Positions 49,700 to 63,669 of a stretch of DNA of 64,000 nt are shown here, one piece after another; positions within the stretch are counted from its first letter, which is position 1, and every line of letters starts with the position of its first letter. The DNA is from Octopus sinensis (Eukaryota). The notes beneath the pieces are model-generated. The model was not told the DNA's origin and ran no database searches. It saw only the letters and a program-made list of their open reading frames with translations. The stretch is from contig NC_043002.1 of assembly GCF_006345805.1 (NCBI RefSeq), forward strand, positions 44,578,001-44,642,000, read 5' to 3'. The position numbers were made by a program, and so were the translations under genes.

Positions 49700-51760
49700 T
49701 ATCTAGCAACATTTACTGTTCTCTACTTATACATTAGTGATAGGTGGGACCTACTAGTAAGAAAATAAATAGCAGAAAAAGATACAGAAAAGACGTTGTT
49801 ATCAAGAATACGAAGTGAAAGGTAAAACTGGTAAAGGCCAAGAGATATCAACTTGAAAATTTCATCTTCAACGAAAGCAATCGAGTCGTATTGATGAATA
49901 TAGACTTTTACGGAATAACTCAACACAAACTAATTATATTCGATTCCAGCAAAATCTGTATGCTAATTAAAAAACAAAATACTGCACAAATTGCTCGGAT
50001 ACTAATCTTCAAGAAATGCGGATTATGTAGCGGAACATATACTTTCTGGACCAGCTGTAAGATCATCTTTTCATTGCTTCTTACACTTTCACGATGATAA
50101 ATACAAAGAAGGAAAACAATTTACGAGTTCTTCTGAAAAGGAATATCTAAAATTAGACAGGCACAATTTGTATGATTGTTCGCATTCCCAAGCAATACTA
50201 TTGACAGAGGAGCGCAAAAATGAATCAGCTATACAAAATTCTGAGTTTCGAAATTGTTGCAGAAATGGGAAATTCACATACTTTGAATTATTATAATTCT
50301 AGTTATAACGAATTTCATTCGAACCAGCTCTGAATTACTTCAAAATATTCAATCATCACACAGCATTAAAATTCATATCGACCCCTTGCTTCTAACAGAG
50401 ATGAAGTACACACATGTAAGCACAAGATGATGTGCATCGTCTTCTATTATCAGGGCTATTGTCGTGCTTCTGGTCAAGTAGCAACTTGCCTTCAAATTTA
50501 CACTAAGGAAACACGTTGAAGCCGGCGATCAGGTTTGCTTTATATAACATAATGCATATCATTCCAATTAGCAACTGCAACATTCAGAATGTCAGTGCTA
50601 CAGCTGTAGCGTCCGTTCTATCGAACGCTATAAATCTTGTGACATTAGTTCACGGTTACATTCTGAAGATTTGTAGAGAAATAATCAAATGACTCAAGAT
50701 TATGAACCATGAATTGTTTGCTTTTTTCCACCATGTAGAAAAGCAAGTTTAGTATATGACGTTATTGTGTATGAACGCGATAAAGAAAACAAAAAAAAGT
50801 ACTATATGGACTACTGTGCATACATAATGATGCATGAAATTCAAATGTTCAAATGTTCGAAGGAAGATTATCAATAAAGTAACTTGTTGACAAGTAGCAC
50901 AAAACTGAAGAATGTCAGCTGCAATGTCTTTTAGAGAAACGAGAACCAGAACAGAATGTAATCGATGATTTCTGAACCAAAATGAAAATTGGGTACCGAA
51001 ATAGGAGTACTAGTAGATAAGGTGTGCTTCTAACGTCCTATACGAAGAAAACTGGATGATATAAACAACTCAAGGTTGTTTGATTTATAAAAACAAAGAA
51101 ACATTTTTCCATATACTCGATAGAGGAACAGTCACAAAAATAGTCTCCTTGATATTGAGGACAATGTGTACAATTACAATAGTGTTTAAACAGTAATAAC
51201 TGTAGTGGAGTCTGTTTGACCCTTAAATACGTATGTGTTGTAACGCTATTGAGAAATAGAATCAGATATGAGCTTTACAAAGGAACAAATGTTTCAATAA
51301 CCCATTTACATGAACGTATACTTGAAGGCAACATTTTTGTAGGTAACCATTATGAAAACCATGTATCAAGAATTATACTGAGGGTGCTGCAGATCGCTTT
51401 GACATTCACCCTTATGCGGTGACAATCTAGAAATCCCACTGTCAGTCATAGAATGAAATAATTTTATCCTTTCTGCGTATGAACAATTTACTGTGACCGT
51501 GTTACAGTATTACGCCGAATGCTCAAGGTGTAGTGACAATATAAAAAAAGGCGTCAACCTTGTGAACACAGAATTTATCCACCGTTAAGACTTTTCTTAT
51601 GTTGTATATTATCCAAACTCTAAATTCAGATAAAATTATGTTTTAATATATATTCATTCTCTAACTCAATTTTTGTTAATCGTCATCATTTTCCTTGTTT
51701 ACAAAAGCAACGAAAACTACCGTTGAGCAAAGCGAGGATGAGCGGAGCACATTCCTATTA
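49700..51760 (+). mobile_element. Highly decayed autonomous Helitron RepHel remnant
   Basis: N-terminal CSHSQAILLTEE...EFRNCCRNGK (~50170-50280; C..C.A....E...CC..GK motif); PIF1-helicase C-terminal LLRNRIRYELYKGTNVSITHLHERILEGNIF (51216-51400) and YAVTI*KSHCQS (~51410-51450). Confidence 0.55.
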
Positions 51761-51904
51761 GTTATAGTAAAAAAGAGAAATTTTGTCCACATTATTGGTC
51801 AAATAATGAATCCCATGGTCATGAATGATCATCGGATTGCACCTAGAAAGTTCCCTTCAGAGGTACAAGTCTGGGCATGGTTATTTATGGCAGTCTAGCT
51901 GCCG

Positions 51905-52139
51905 CTCATGTATACCAGCCTCTCCTCTCCATGCCACCGATATTATCTAAGGAAAAGGCAAACGCTGATATAGCTTGGCATCAGTGGCATAGCAACTCAT
52001 TCCTGCAGCTGATTGAACTGGTGCAATGTAAAATAAAGAGTTTTGCTCAAGTATACAACTCACTACTTAGTGCAGGATACGAACTTCCTACCACATGATT
52101 TTGAGCCCGATGCTCTAAACACTGAGCCATGCGCCTTCA
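51905..52139 (-). mobile_element. tRNA-derived SINE, decayed
   Basis: Minus-strand head GAAGGCGCATGGCTCAGTGTTTAGAGC...GGAAGTTCGTATCC. Confidence 0.6.
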
Positions 52140-52275
52140 TGAATAAAATATATTTGCATCGTTATTTTATTGGTTTCAGTCATGGTACTGCTAGCAACTT
52201 GAGGTACCACCTTTAAGAGGTTTAGTGGATTCTTGCGACGCCTGTGATTGTTTCAGTCAAGTATTATATAATAAG

Positions 52276-52400
52276 TGGAAGCACATGGCTTAGAGTTAGG
52301 ATGTTGCACACTCATGAACATAAGATTGTGGTTTCGATTCCCAGATCGGGCGATGCGTCGTGTACTTGAACACTTCATTTCACGTTGCTCCAGAAATGGA
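52276..52400 (+). mobile_element. tRNA-derived SINE head
   Basis: GGAAGCACATGGCTTAG...GTGGTTTCGATTCCCAGATCGGGCG. Confidence 0.6.
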
Positions 52401-52490
52401 CTGGTGAGCCATTCAGGGAGTGTGTGTATACCACAGAATCTGTGAAATAGGGCCTTCTGTGCCTATGGCTCGGGAGGGTCTTTTATAAAT

Positions 52491-52493
<3 letters not shown>

Positions 52494-52537
<44 letters not shown>

Positions 52538-52574
52538 AAAAGAAAGAAAAAGAAAGAAAAAGAAAGAAAGAAAG
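52494..52574. repeat. (GAAA)n/(GAAAAAGAAA)n tract
   Basis: Read directly. Confidence 0.95.
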
Positions 52575-53886
52575 ATTATAATAGATACCCCTGTCCGAAA
52601 GTTGAGAGTTAAGTTTTACGTATTTTGATCTAAAGTTACGGACCTCGCCTTATCTACTAATAGTGATATATACACCGAAAATCAATATCTTTATTCAACT
52701 TAAGGTGGATGCATTGTTAGAACACAGATTTTGAATTGATAAAAGGTGTTTTTTTTTCTAATGTTTTATATATATTATATTGTGTGGAATTTGATTTAGT
52801 ATTTCTAAATTGAATTCTTTTTCCTTGTAAGTTTGGATTTTATTCCCTCAAATAATTATATATATATATATATATAAAACTAGGTTAGCATTGGTTTCAT
52901 TCCGAGTGATATCTCTCAGCAATTATCAAGCCTGTTATATAGTGACTTTGATCCAGGGCTTGGATAAGAATACCCGAGAAAACACGAGATTGTACGGAAT
53001 TCGGGGAGAAATAAATATGCAAATCTTGGTGAGTAACTCATAAGAAAATACTTGTTATTTCTTTTGCATTAGTCCTGAAATCTTTGTAATGAGTTGCGTT
53101 TACCATGAAATAATTCATTAATTATTTTTTTTTGTGAAAAGCTTCGTGCATATACGTATACATATACATACACTTGACTGAGCTCTATTCAGTTTCTTTG
53201 TACCAAATTTTACACAAACAAGTGCTTATCTGCTTTATATATCATATTTGTAAACAATTTTATGATGTATGGCATGACAGAGGAAACATGAGATAGAATG
53301 CACTAATTTAAGGGAGAAATTGAAACCGGGAGATCATTATAAATAATCGAAATGAATGCCACTGGTTAAATGTCATACATAAAAATTATGAGCATATGAG
53401 ATTGAACATGAAAACTATAAAATACTTATGCTTTCCGAGAGTCAAAGCTGGAGAGACGAATAAAGTATAGGCCTATATTATTAACAGTTTAAACGCTTGC
53501 CTTCAGGCAAAACAGTTGCTCACCAATTTCCTTCGCTATAGTAGATTTATTATCTTAGTAATATTCATTCTTGTTCTTTATCGTTGTAATGTCTACAATA
53601 TATTTATTATGTTACGCAGCCTAAGGCATTTTGTTGGTCAATCCATCACAGGCATAGCAGTTTCATTCTATTTCAGCAGGTTTCGATAATTGCCGAGTTA
53701 AACAATGCAATAGCTGTTCTTTACAATTATACGTTTCCGACACCCGCTTCAATCCTCTGGCAGAAAGACGAAACGCTGTTCTACATCTCTCTCTCTTACA
53801 CACACACACTCTCTTTCTCCCTCTCTCTCTCTCTCTCTGACACACACACACACTCTTTTTTCTCTCTTCTACTTCTCTCCCTCTCG

Positions 53887-53921
<35 letters not shown>

Positions 53922-53928
<7 letters not shown>

Positions 53929-54199
53929 ATCACGTGACCGACCAGACCATCAGATGTTGTTACACATCGCTGGTCACAATGCGTTCGCATTGTTTTAGCC
54001 TTCGAATGATGCCACTTCGCTGGCTAAGCAAGCAGACCAACAGAAGAAAGAGTGGTGAAAGAGTACCCCCTGCTGGAGCCTCGTGGAGCTTTTAGGTGTT
54101 TTTCGCTCAATAAACACTCACAACGCCCGGTCTGGGAATCGAAACCGTGATACTAAGACCGCGAGTCCGCTGCCCTAACCACTAGGCCATTGCGCCTCC
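53922..54199 (-). mobile_element. tRNA-derived SINE, well preserved, between (TA)n and (CA)n/(TA)n
   Basis: A-box TGGCCTAGTGG, B-box GGTTTCGATTCCC; 3' end CACGTGATCACGTGAT(AT)n. Confidence 0.85.
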
Positions 54200-54208
54200 A
54201 CACACGCG

Positions 54209-54268
<60 letters not shown>

Positions 54269-55021
54269 GCGCCGTACGTACACTTTTTTCCCTTATAAGT
54301 ACACATTTTACAAAATCTTGTACGATTCTATTTCTATCAACCCTTTCACGCTTATTCGTTCATTCCATTCTTCGTTCTTTCGTTCCCCCTCTCTCACATT
54401 TCTTTGCCTTCCCTTCTTGCTCACTTTCCCTCCACTTTTCACTTCACTGCGTCCCTGTCATTTTTTCTCGCCCCTCCTTAATTCTTCTATCCCTCTACTC
54501 TACTTCTCTCTTCTCTTCCCACGTGAACGATCGGCCAGACCGCTCACTCTTTCTTTCTGGGTCTGACCGTGATCCGTGCAACATCGATATTCTCTCCCTG
54601 TGTTTGTGAAATTTTTGTAACTCTGCCGTAAGGCCTCATTTCCATAAGCGACAGCTTAATTCAATTCGTCCTTAGTCGAAAGTCACCTGTTTTATGTCCT
54701 GTTATCATTTTTATTGCATTATTTATTGTATTTATATTTGTGTAACATTGTCTGTTTTTTCTGTCCTTGTTTTTGTATACATTCGATGCTTTCTTCCAAG
54801 AAATCTAATGCTCTTAGCGTAGATTTTCTTTAGGGCTGGCCAGATTGGACCAATCTCAAGAATAATCAGCGGAAATTGTGAGGATAATCTGGTTCTTGAC
54901 TGAAGATAGAAAATTTCGAATGAGTCGTCCTTGTTTTCTTTGTATCGTCTATCTGGATGTTTTGTTGTCCCTTTTTGTATCACCTAGTTGTCCGGATGTT
55001 TTGCGTTCTTGTCCCATTTTG

Positions 55022-55027
<6 letters not shown>
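54269..55027. mobile_element. Unclassified ~760 bp non-coding repeat between (TA)n arrays
   Basis: Sharp (TA)n boundaries; its left terminus GCGCCGTACGTACACTTTT recurs as GCGGCGTATGTACACTTTT at 55075. Confidence 0.45.
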
Positions 55028-55075
<48 letters not shown>

Positions 55076-55092
55076 CGGCGTATGTACACTTT

Positions 55093-55140
<48 letters not shown>

Positions 55141-55383
55141 CTCTCTCTGTATATATATATATACACAAACTTGTATGCATACATACATACATACATACAT
55201 ACACACACATGCATACATGTTAAAATAAAAATCATTCTTTTGAGATAAACACCTTAGTATTTACTGCTAATATAATGATGTAACTCCATACTGGTCGCAG
55301 ATTCAAATACTCTATGTGCAATAAAATTTATTGTTAATATTTAAATGTCAGCAAGTTGTAGGATATCAGAATTCATTTTTAGT

Positions 55384-55435
<52 letters not shown>

Positions 55436-55692
55436 CTATCTCTCTCTCTTTCTCTCGCTCTCTTAGTCTGGGAGTTGGGTGCGGGAATCACCCATATAAA
55501 CTTCTCACTAAAGTCATTCCTCTTCCGTACTTTGTTGCAATGAGGAGCGGCCCTTTGGAAGGTTTCCATTCTCCTGCTCTCTCTCTTTCTTTCTCCCTCT
55601 ATCTCTTTCTCGATTTTCCTCACTCACTCTCTATTTCTCTCCTCCTCGCACACACATACACATGCGCGTGCACGCACACACACACACACACA

Positions 55693-55731
<39 letters not shown>

Positions 55732-56019
55732 ACACACTGCCAATGAAGTACTGATTATTCTGCTGCTATTAAATTTGTAATTATGATTAGGATGCCGATG
55801 GAATTATTTATGAATGTACAGATTCATCATTAGGTTTTCTGTGCAGTTGATTTGCGGACATAATTTTCAATTCATGCTAATATTTTGTAATGTATTTACC
55901 CCATCTCTTGTTCATCACATATACATGCACATACACAAACATGACCATACACAGATATGCGTGCGATAAATATGTGCTAGTTCAGTTATTTGTCTTTATC
56001 TTGTCTTTACCTGCGTTTC

Positions 56020-57090
56020 CTTTGCTCTTCTGGTAATACATTCTTCTTCTCCGGGACAATATACAATTCAAATGACAAGTGGCCAGTTAATATATTCTAG
56101 CGTAATACTAATCTTTTAATAAGCATATAATTACTGACTTCCTTCCTCCCGTCACTTTGTTCCTCTGTATTAGCAGTGCCTTTCATTTTGTCATTCATGT
56201 TGATGTTCCAATATTTTATTTGCTACACGGACAGTAAGAAATAGTTTCACCTGACTATATATGCTTGCGATTTTTATACCAGAATACCTGAACAACATCG
56301 AGTCCACAAGCTTTCCATCAAGGTATCTTTTTAAGGATCTTTCTCACGTTCTTACTTTCTCGGTTGTAATATTTGTATTCTTTCTTATTGATTTGTTTTC
56401 CTTTTCTCTTTTAAACTTTTATAACCAGTCCGCTTCTTTATAATATTGAAGCTCTTTGTTTCAAATATCTGACTGAAAGTCTATTAACTACTTCAATATA
56501 TAGCTCTTCATTCATCTGATGTTCATTTTCTTTGGTCAGTTGTTGGTAAAATTACCTTTCGTCGTTTCTGGAAAGCCTAATCTGCTGATATCGATTTATT
56601 CTTTATTCTACGCCATCTTCTTTTCAATTATGACATTTATCCGTGAGAGACCTCTATTGAGCTGCTCAATCTGATTTCCCGGTTGCAGATTCTACCGTGA
56701 GACTATATCATTCTTTTTTGCCTAACTTTTAACTACAAGAATTTCTATAGCTACGGATGCTGTGCATTATATGACGTCATTTGTATCTGTAATATTCTCA
56801 ACTTTAATTTTCGTTAGCAGCATGCTTATCAAGTCAATTTACTGCTTTTTTCATCGTCACTACCTCTTGAAGTTGGTGATATTGCTAAATCCCTTAGTTG
56901 TATGTCGTTTAAACGTTGAAGTAAGCTCCTCTCCATCGTGAAATGAAATTTGCTTTGTCCCTCACACTCACTAATACTTCTTTCTTTCTGATATTTCATT
57001 CGTTTTTCTGCCATTTTCCGTTCCATTTCCTTTTCTATGTTCTTATTTTCTTCATCTTCCGCCGTTTTCACTATTTCTTCAAGCTTCAAC
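56020..57090 (-). mobile_element. Decayed R4/Dong-like N-terminal and early RT fragment
   Basis: IKVENITDTNDVI, NKELQYYKEADWL, WKACGLDVVQVFW, NVLPEEQR. Confidence 0.65.
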
Positions 57091-57194
57091 ATAGATAGCC
57101 ATTCATTTTCGATTTTTTGATGTAGCTTTTGATCTGAGTAAGATGTCTCTCCTCTTTCTCACTTTCTGTCTCTCTGTCTGTCTCTCTGTCTGTG

Positions 57195-57262
<68 letters not shown>

Positions 57263-57326
57263 CCTCTCTATATATCTGTTCATAATTTATGCATTATTTT
57301 CTTCTATTCTATTTTGCCAGACTCAC

Positions 57327-57517
57327 TTCTGATGTAAAATTCCATAAGAATTCTGTTGCCACTTTGAGTTCACCTTCTGTTAATCCTTGCAGCTGTTGTC
57401 GAATACCTTTCAGGTGCATCTTGTCACATAGCGCGACAATTGATATACTTGAGAAATCAGCCTCATTAACATGGTTGCGATATAAGTTTTCATTTGACAT
57501 TACACTCATAAAAAGGT
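57327..57517 (-). other. Candidate coding exon, ARM/HEAT-like helical repeat (DLFMSVMSNENLY...ELKVATEFLWNFTSE)
   Basis: Open reading frame of 63 codons ending at the donor GAA|GTGAGT; possible acceptor GCAG| at 57518 (alternative at 57591 would introduce stops); LWNFT resembles the LWN(L/Y)T ARM motif. Confidence 0.3.
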
Positions 57518-57665
57518 CTGCGGCGTCAAGGTGTCACAAACAACAATGTTTTTTATAGAGACACCATTCTCAGTAGGCAACCAGGCAAAACTAAAGAGAC
57601 TCTCTTCTCTTTATTGGACACCTAATCCCAGCAAGGTCGATTCCGGTGGCTTATGAGTTTATTAC

Positions 57666-57709
<44 letters not shown>

Positions 57710-57716
57710 TATTATT

Positions 57717-60403
57717 ATACGTTTGACTTTTGCTTTATATTTGTACAAGTTGGCTCCAAGTCTCACCCAGAGACCTCAAGAGACAACAGGTTGGAAGTTC
57801 ATGTTGTTGTTATGCCTAGTGTGCCATATATTTGGGGGGTTTTTTGGTGTTGTACTAGTGAATGTCAAAAAAAATAAATAAATAAAAACGAAAATTATGT
57901 TTGCTTTAAACCCTGAGATTACATAGAAAGTATTTTGCGTAGGATATGAGCAGTTCCCATGAGCACTATCTTTTGAATTTCTGCCATTTTGGGGTTTCCT
58001 GGTATCTGAGTTAGGTAGAAATCAGCCCCTTTCGCTATCATTCCCAGGGCACCTATGACAATAGGTATTGTTTTAGTTTTCAGGTTCCACATTTTGCTGA
58101 TTTCTATTTCAAGATCTTTATATTTGCTCAGTTTTTGGTAGGTCTTGACAGATACGTATATATCGATTGAGAAAGTCATATCAATGAGGAGGCATGTTCT
58201 TTGTTTGACGTCTTTCAATATGATGTCTGGCCTATTTGCATCTAACTTTCTGTCAGTTTGAATGGTGAAGTTCCAGAGGAGTGAGATGTGGTCATTTTCA
58301 ATACTGGAGGTGGTTTGTGTTCCCACCAGTTTTTTCATGGGGCAAATCCAGGTTTTTGCAAATTACCCAGTGAATATATTGTGCAGCTCTATCATGCCTG
58401 TTGAGATACTCTGTAGGCGCTAGAAGACTGCACTTGGAGACAAAATGATCAATGGTTTCATTTTGTTGTTGGCATACACGACATTTTGGGCTACTGCCGT
58501 TCTTTAATATGTTGGCCTGGTAGTTTCTTGTTGGTAGGCATTGATCTTGAGCTGCTATGATAAACCCTTCTGTTTCAGATTTTAAGCCAGACGCCATAAG
58601 CCTTTGATGGGTCAGGGCTTTGTCAACATCTGCATTATTCACTCTCTTTTGGGTATTTGCCATAGAGAGGTTTTTCTTGACATTTATCATTCAGAATATC
58701 TAAGGCAGCAGTTTTAGCACGGGTTTTCATGCGCGTAGCTTTTTCTGTGCTTGTTTCTTGTATGTCTAATTCCGAAATTTGTTGTATTCGGAATTCACTT
58801 AGATATTCCTTTGCCTGTTTTGTTACTGAGTATGATGCTTTCTTGTTTTCATGTTTTGAGACAAGTTTTAACATCCAGTCCTCAGAGTTGTTCAGGTAGG
58901 TGTCTAGGCCAATTGTAGCAACCTTCATTGTTAATGCCAGTTGCAAAAGCCCACGGCCTCCCTCTTTTCTTGGTAGATAAAGTCGATCTATATCTGCCTT
59001 AGGGTGGTGCATCCTATGTATTGTCAACAGTTTTCGTATTTTTTTGTCAAGATTACATATTTCAGTAATTGACCAGTTAACGATATTGAAACTGTAAGTC
59101 ACGACTGGTATGGCTAAAGCATTGATCGCTTCGATCCTGTTTCTCGCATTCATCTCTGTCTTGAGTATTGCTCTTACTCTGCGATAACATTCTCTCCTGA
59201 TCCTTTCCTTCATCACTGAATGCCTTATTCCGTCCCCTTAAATTACCCCTAGGTACTTGTAGCTCTCCGCTGGGTCTAATTCTTTTATGACATTCTGCTG
59301 GTCAAGGTTAACGTTAGATGTTTCTGTCATTTTTTCTTTGATAAAGGTAGCTTTTGCACATTAATCGAGGCCAAATTGCATTCTGATGTCATCACTGAAT
59401 TGTTTAACAATCTCTAGTAAGCCCTTGAGTTGTTGGTCATTTTTTGCAAAGAGCTTTAAATCATCCATGTAAATGAGATGATTTATATTTTTATCAAACA
59501 TTTTATATCCGTACTGAGCGTCATTGAGCAATTTTGAGGTATTAAGGCTAAACAAAAGAGGAGTGGTGATAGTGAGTCACCCTGGAAAATGCCACATGAA
59601 ATTTTTACATCACCAGCATTTAGAGATTCATTGTCACGGTTCAAAGTTAGTGTGGTTCTCCATGATCTCATACTTACAGACAAAAACGTTTCGCAGAGTA
59701 GATGCTATTTTATACATTTCCAGGCATTTCTTAATCCAGCTATGTGGTAGGCTATCAAAAGCCCTTTTATAGTCTATCCAGGCTATTAATAAGTTTTTGT
59801 GTCGTTTGTGACAATCTTCTAAGATCATCTTATTGATGAGTAGTTGATCCTTACAACCATAGGATCCACGTTTGCATCCTATTTGTTCATTAGGGAATAT
59901 GTTGCTGTCTGTTAAAAAAACTATAGGTATATTCCGTCAGGACAGATGTTAGCGTTTTATACATAGTTGTTAAGCAGGTTATGGGTCTATAGTTTTTTGG
60001 TTCATTTGTTTCTTCACTTTTTGGAAGCAGGAATGTTAACCCATGAACTAGCCAAGGAGGCATCCTACTAGGGTGTTGCAAAACATCATTGTAAAGATCT
60101 GTTAGCAGTTCATGGCTTCTACCTTGACACCCTCCCACTTTTGCTCTTCTAAGGAGTCCAGTTCTGTAGATATTCTATCAATCCAGGGGGCCTTTTCGTT
60201 GTGTGTTCTTTCTTCTGCCCAAATTTTATTCCAAAATCCCTGCACTTCTTCTTTTGATGGTACAGACTTTACAGTAACTGGTGTTTTTCCTATCTTCCAG
60301 TAAAAAGATTTTTGGTTATTTTTGAACATGTTGTTGTCTTTGAAAGATCTAACACGCTTTTCATACCGCGCTATGCGGGCAGCTTTAGTAGATACCAGAT
60401 ACC

Positions 60404-60405
<2 letters not shown>
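57717..60405 (-). mobile_element. Best-preserved R4/Dong-like family B copy (5'-truncated, a few frameshifts)
   Basis: [77 protein letters not shown]; (ATT)n at 57660-57716 and 60406-60488. Confidence 0.92.
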
Positions 60406-60489
<84 letters not shown>

Positions 60490-60491
<2 letters not shown>

Positions 60492-63400
60492 ACAGTCATC
60501 ACCACTACCAACAATAGCATCAGCATCTATAAGAACAATGACAACGAGGAAAACAAGTACAACGAAATCGAAAACAGCTACAGCACCAGTAACAGTAACA
60601 ACAGCAACCTCAAAACCGGGTCTATCGTTTGCAATTGTAGACAGCTGGAACTTCAACTTGAGGCATCGATAATGCTTGACCAGGAAGACAAATAAAAAAT
60701 AAAAAGGAGGACGCTCATCTTCAAATTTATCAAACACAAACTGAGAAATACCTGAATGGTGTGAGAATCAATGTGGCGTTTAAGAAAAGGAAAGCTATTT
60801 GAAACGGTAAAAGTCATCTGCCCTAACGAAGAAGAAGAAGCTATGAAAACAGCCACGGTTATTTGCTTCTCTAAGGTACAAGTCCTCGTCCTATTTTAGG
60901 AAAACGTTTACCTAAGGTGACACTAAATAATCCGCCTCCGGAAATAGACCTCAATTACTTTAGAATGATCTTGGAGAAGTATGACGAGATTATAAACATG
61001 AGAGCTACTCCGCACAAAAAGTGCGCCGAATGAAATGTGTTTCGAATGCGGCTCTATAAGGAAATTTTACGAAAAATGTCCGAGGCCATTCACCTGGATA
61101 TTGGGGACCCCAAAGAGACGTAGTGGAAGGTAGAGATTCCAGGGGTTATACGTGTGAGAGCACATAACACAAAAAGGATTTCTGTCTCCATGCAAAAACA
61201 ACTGAAACCAATTTCCTGCCCACGTCACAGAAGCAACATTAACAACTACAACATCAGCATCAGGAACTTAAGATAAAAGCACGCATACACAAAACCTAGC
61301 CTCTGCCCTCCACTGCTGAATCAACCTCAGCTAACGATGAAAAAACGGTGAAACCCAGTGAGTGGGAAGTGGTTACCAGAAAGGCCCCATGATAAATGAC
61401 AAAATGTCATATCATCACCACAAAAACCTCAAACATAGACGACACAAACCAAAACAACACCCCCAAATTATCCCATACCAGCACAAACACCGAAACGCCT
61501 CCAAGAAAAACAAAGCCAACCACCAAACCATCATTACATTGTACCCCTACAACAAAAGCAAAATACATACGTTCGACAATAAAACGCACAAGCACAACAA
61601 CAACAAAGAAAAACACACAAACTCAACAAGTAAACCGTCAGAAGAAACAATGAGATATTCAAGCAGAAGAAACAATGAAACACCCAATCAGTGAATCTCT
61701 CTGTGATATACAAAACCAACAAGGAGTTAACTGACTACAGTGGAAAACATCACAAATAATTTTTTGTACTTTTTCAGAAATAATTAAGTTTAGAAGAACA
61801 TACAATCTTCCTGGATCCGACAGGTAAGTTGGTGGTGCTAGATGTGAAAGAGAGTAAAAGCAGTGCCATCAGACTAGGGTTGGACGCCTAGGCATCTTTA
61901 GATGTTTATAAACCTTCTTAGGAGCATCCTGCTCTTTAGTTCTTGTAGGAGGTTGGGATGATATTTTGGACACACGGCGGGATTGTGTAAAGTGACCGCT
62001 CCGACGTTCCCAACTGTCTGACAGATACCGACTGAATCTCAAATGTGCTAATATGGACTCGGAGCCACCATGATGAGTATTTCAGATCGTACTTATTTTG
62101 AGTGTTTGATAGGTTAACTGACAAATATATATTAAGATATCCAGAATTCAAAATTGGTCGGCTACACAGATCATAAATTTGTGATATTCATAGTCGCCTT
62201 AGATAGGATTCATAGACAGGGTTTCAGCTACTGGAAGTTAGACGCGTATTTTCTGATGCGGAAAGGCGACAGAGCGCGGAGCAAGAAAACAAGGATGTAG
62301 GAAAGCCGTTGGATGGGGAAGGATGGGGGATGCACAACGTAGCAATACAACTACAGTTCAGTCTTTGAAATATCAAAATGAGCGCATACTGCGCGGTTCC
62401 AATCAAAGGTGCATAACCTTCCAGCAGCATATTGCTCAACTCTTCCGAGAAAGCGATAGGCTACAGGGAATTATGAACTTTAGTGCCTACCTCGACGGTC
62501 AGCCGAAACTCTCGGAAGAAAAGGCTTGGTACTATGAAAGCAAAGAACAGCAACTCAGATACGAGAAACATTGAGTGTTTGTGCGAGGAACAAATCGCCT
62601 AATTTGGATGGTCTACCTATGTTATATGCCGGAGCTGTTAAGTAACTACTTGGCAAACGTCTATCACATCTGGCAGTACAATGAGATAATTTCCAGCTCT
62701 ATGAGCCGAAGGATTTTCACTTTACTGAGAAAGGATGCCAATGTAAAGAATATCATTGAAAATCTCCGCTCCATAAACCAACTAAATGCAGAGTTTAAAA
62801 TTTTGGCCAAGGTGTTGACAAAGAGGTTGGCGCTTGTTTGAAAAGCTCAAACATGATCACTGATCTTTTCTATACATACCGGTGCTAGGGCGTTTGGTGA
62901 GGAGGTTTGAGAGGCATCCTCTTCGAAATGAGATGCGTCAGTGCTCTGTCAGCAGATGCAGATGACATCATACTCATGGCGTCAGAAACTGCAGACGTTC
63001 AGGTAATCGATTTATTTTAATGGAATACAAGGCGATGGCAAGTGCTAAGATAATTCTAAACAAGCCTGTAGACCTGAAGTTCGGCAACTAGAGAAGCAAA
63101 ACTATGCCATCGAACAGTATAGTTGATTGATGGACAACCGGACCAGTGAAATAGCTCAGATTACCAGATGAACAAGAACAGGGATGAGGTTACAGTGAGG
63201 ATGGCCATTCTCATTCATAAACGGGCTGTGTGGAAATTAAGGTGGGTAAGAGCGATGAAGTTCTCGGGACTTTCGGGCCTGGTACTACCAAGGAAAATTT
63301 CCAGAAATTCCTAGTCTGGCAGTGCTACCGTGGAACACTAGAAGTTGGAAGCGCTGTCAGGTGAGAATGTCCGAGATGCGCGTAGAGTGACAAAACCGCT

Positions 63401-63665
63401 TTGCATGCACTGGTGCAGTGTCCGAGTGCTGCTGACTCGTGGAGTTATGTCGAACAGCTGCTATCGCGTGTAAAACGCATCCCACTTTTGGCCGAATCCA
63501 GTGTGAGTATCTCTCATCTACATTTAAGAAAGTATGGCAGGCGGTGTTCCACCGGAGTAAGAGGTCAAGCTCTCACTGAAAATTTTAAGTTCCATTTGGA
63601 AAGGAAAGTGAGAATGGGGAGAAAAAGTGAATTTATGAACAGATGGGTGACTGTAGCAAAATGGG
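60490..63665 (+). mobile_element. Decayed L1-clade (Tx1-like) retrotransposon
   Basis: T/N-rich ORF1 start, SYWKLDA after the APE region, QLNAEFKILAKVLTKRL, DADDI, C-terminal HALVQCP. Confidence 0.7.
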
Positions 63666-63669
63666 TTTG

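Noticed and set aside
57309-57509. P-element-like transposase (LCDKMHLK resembling FDEM)
   Set aside because: Only one weak motif and no other catalytic residues; the splice donor favours a host exon.
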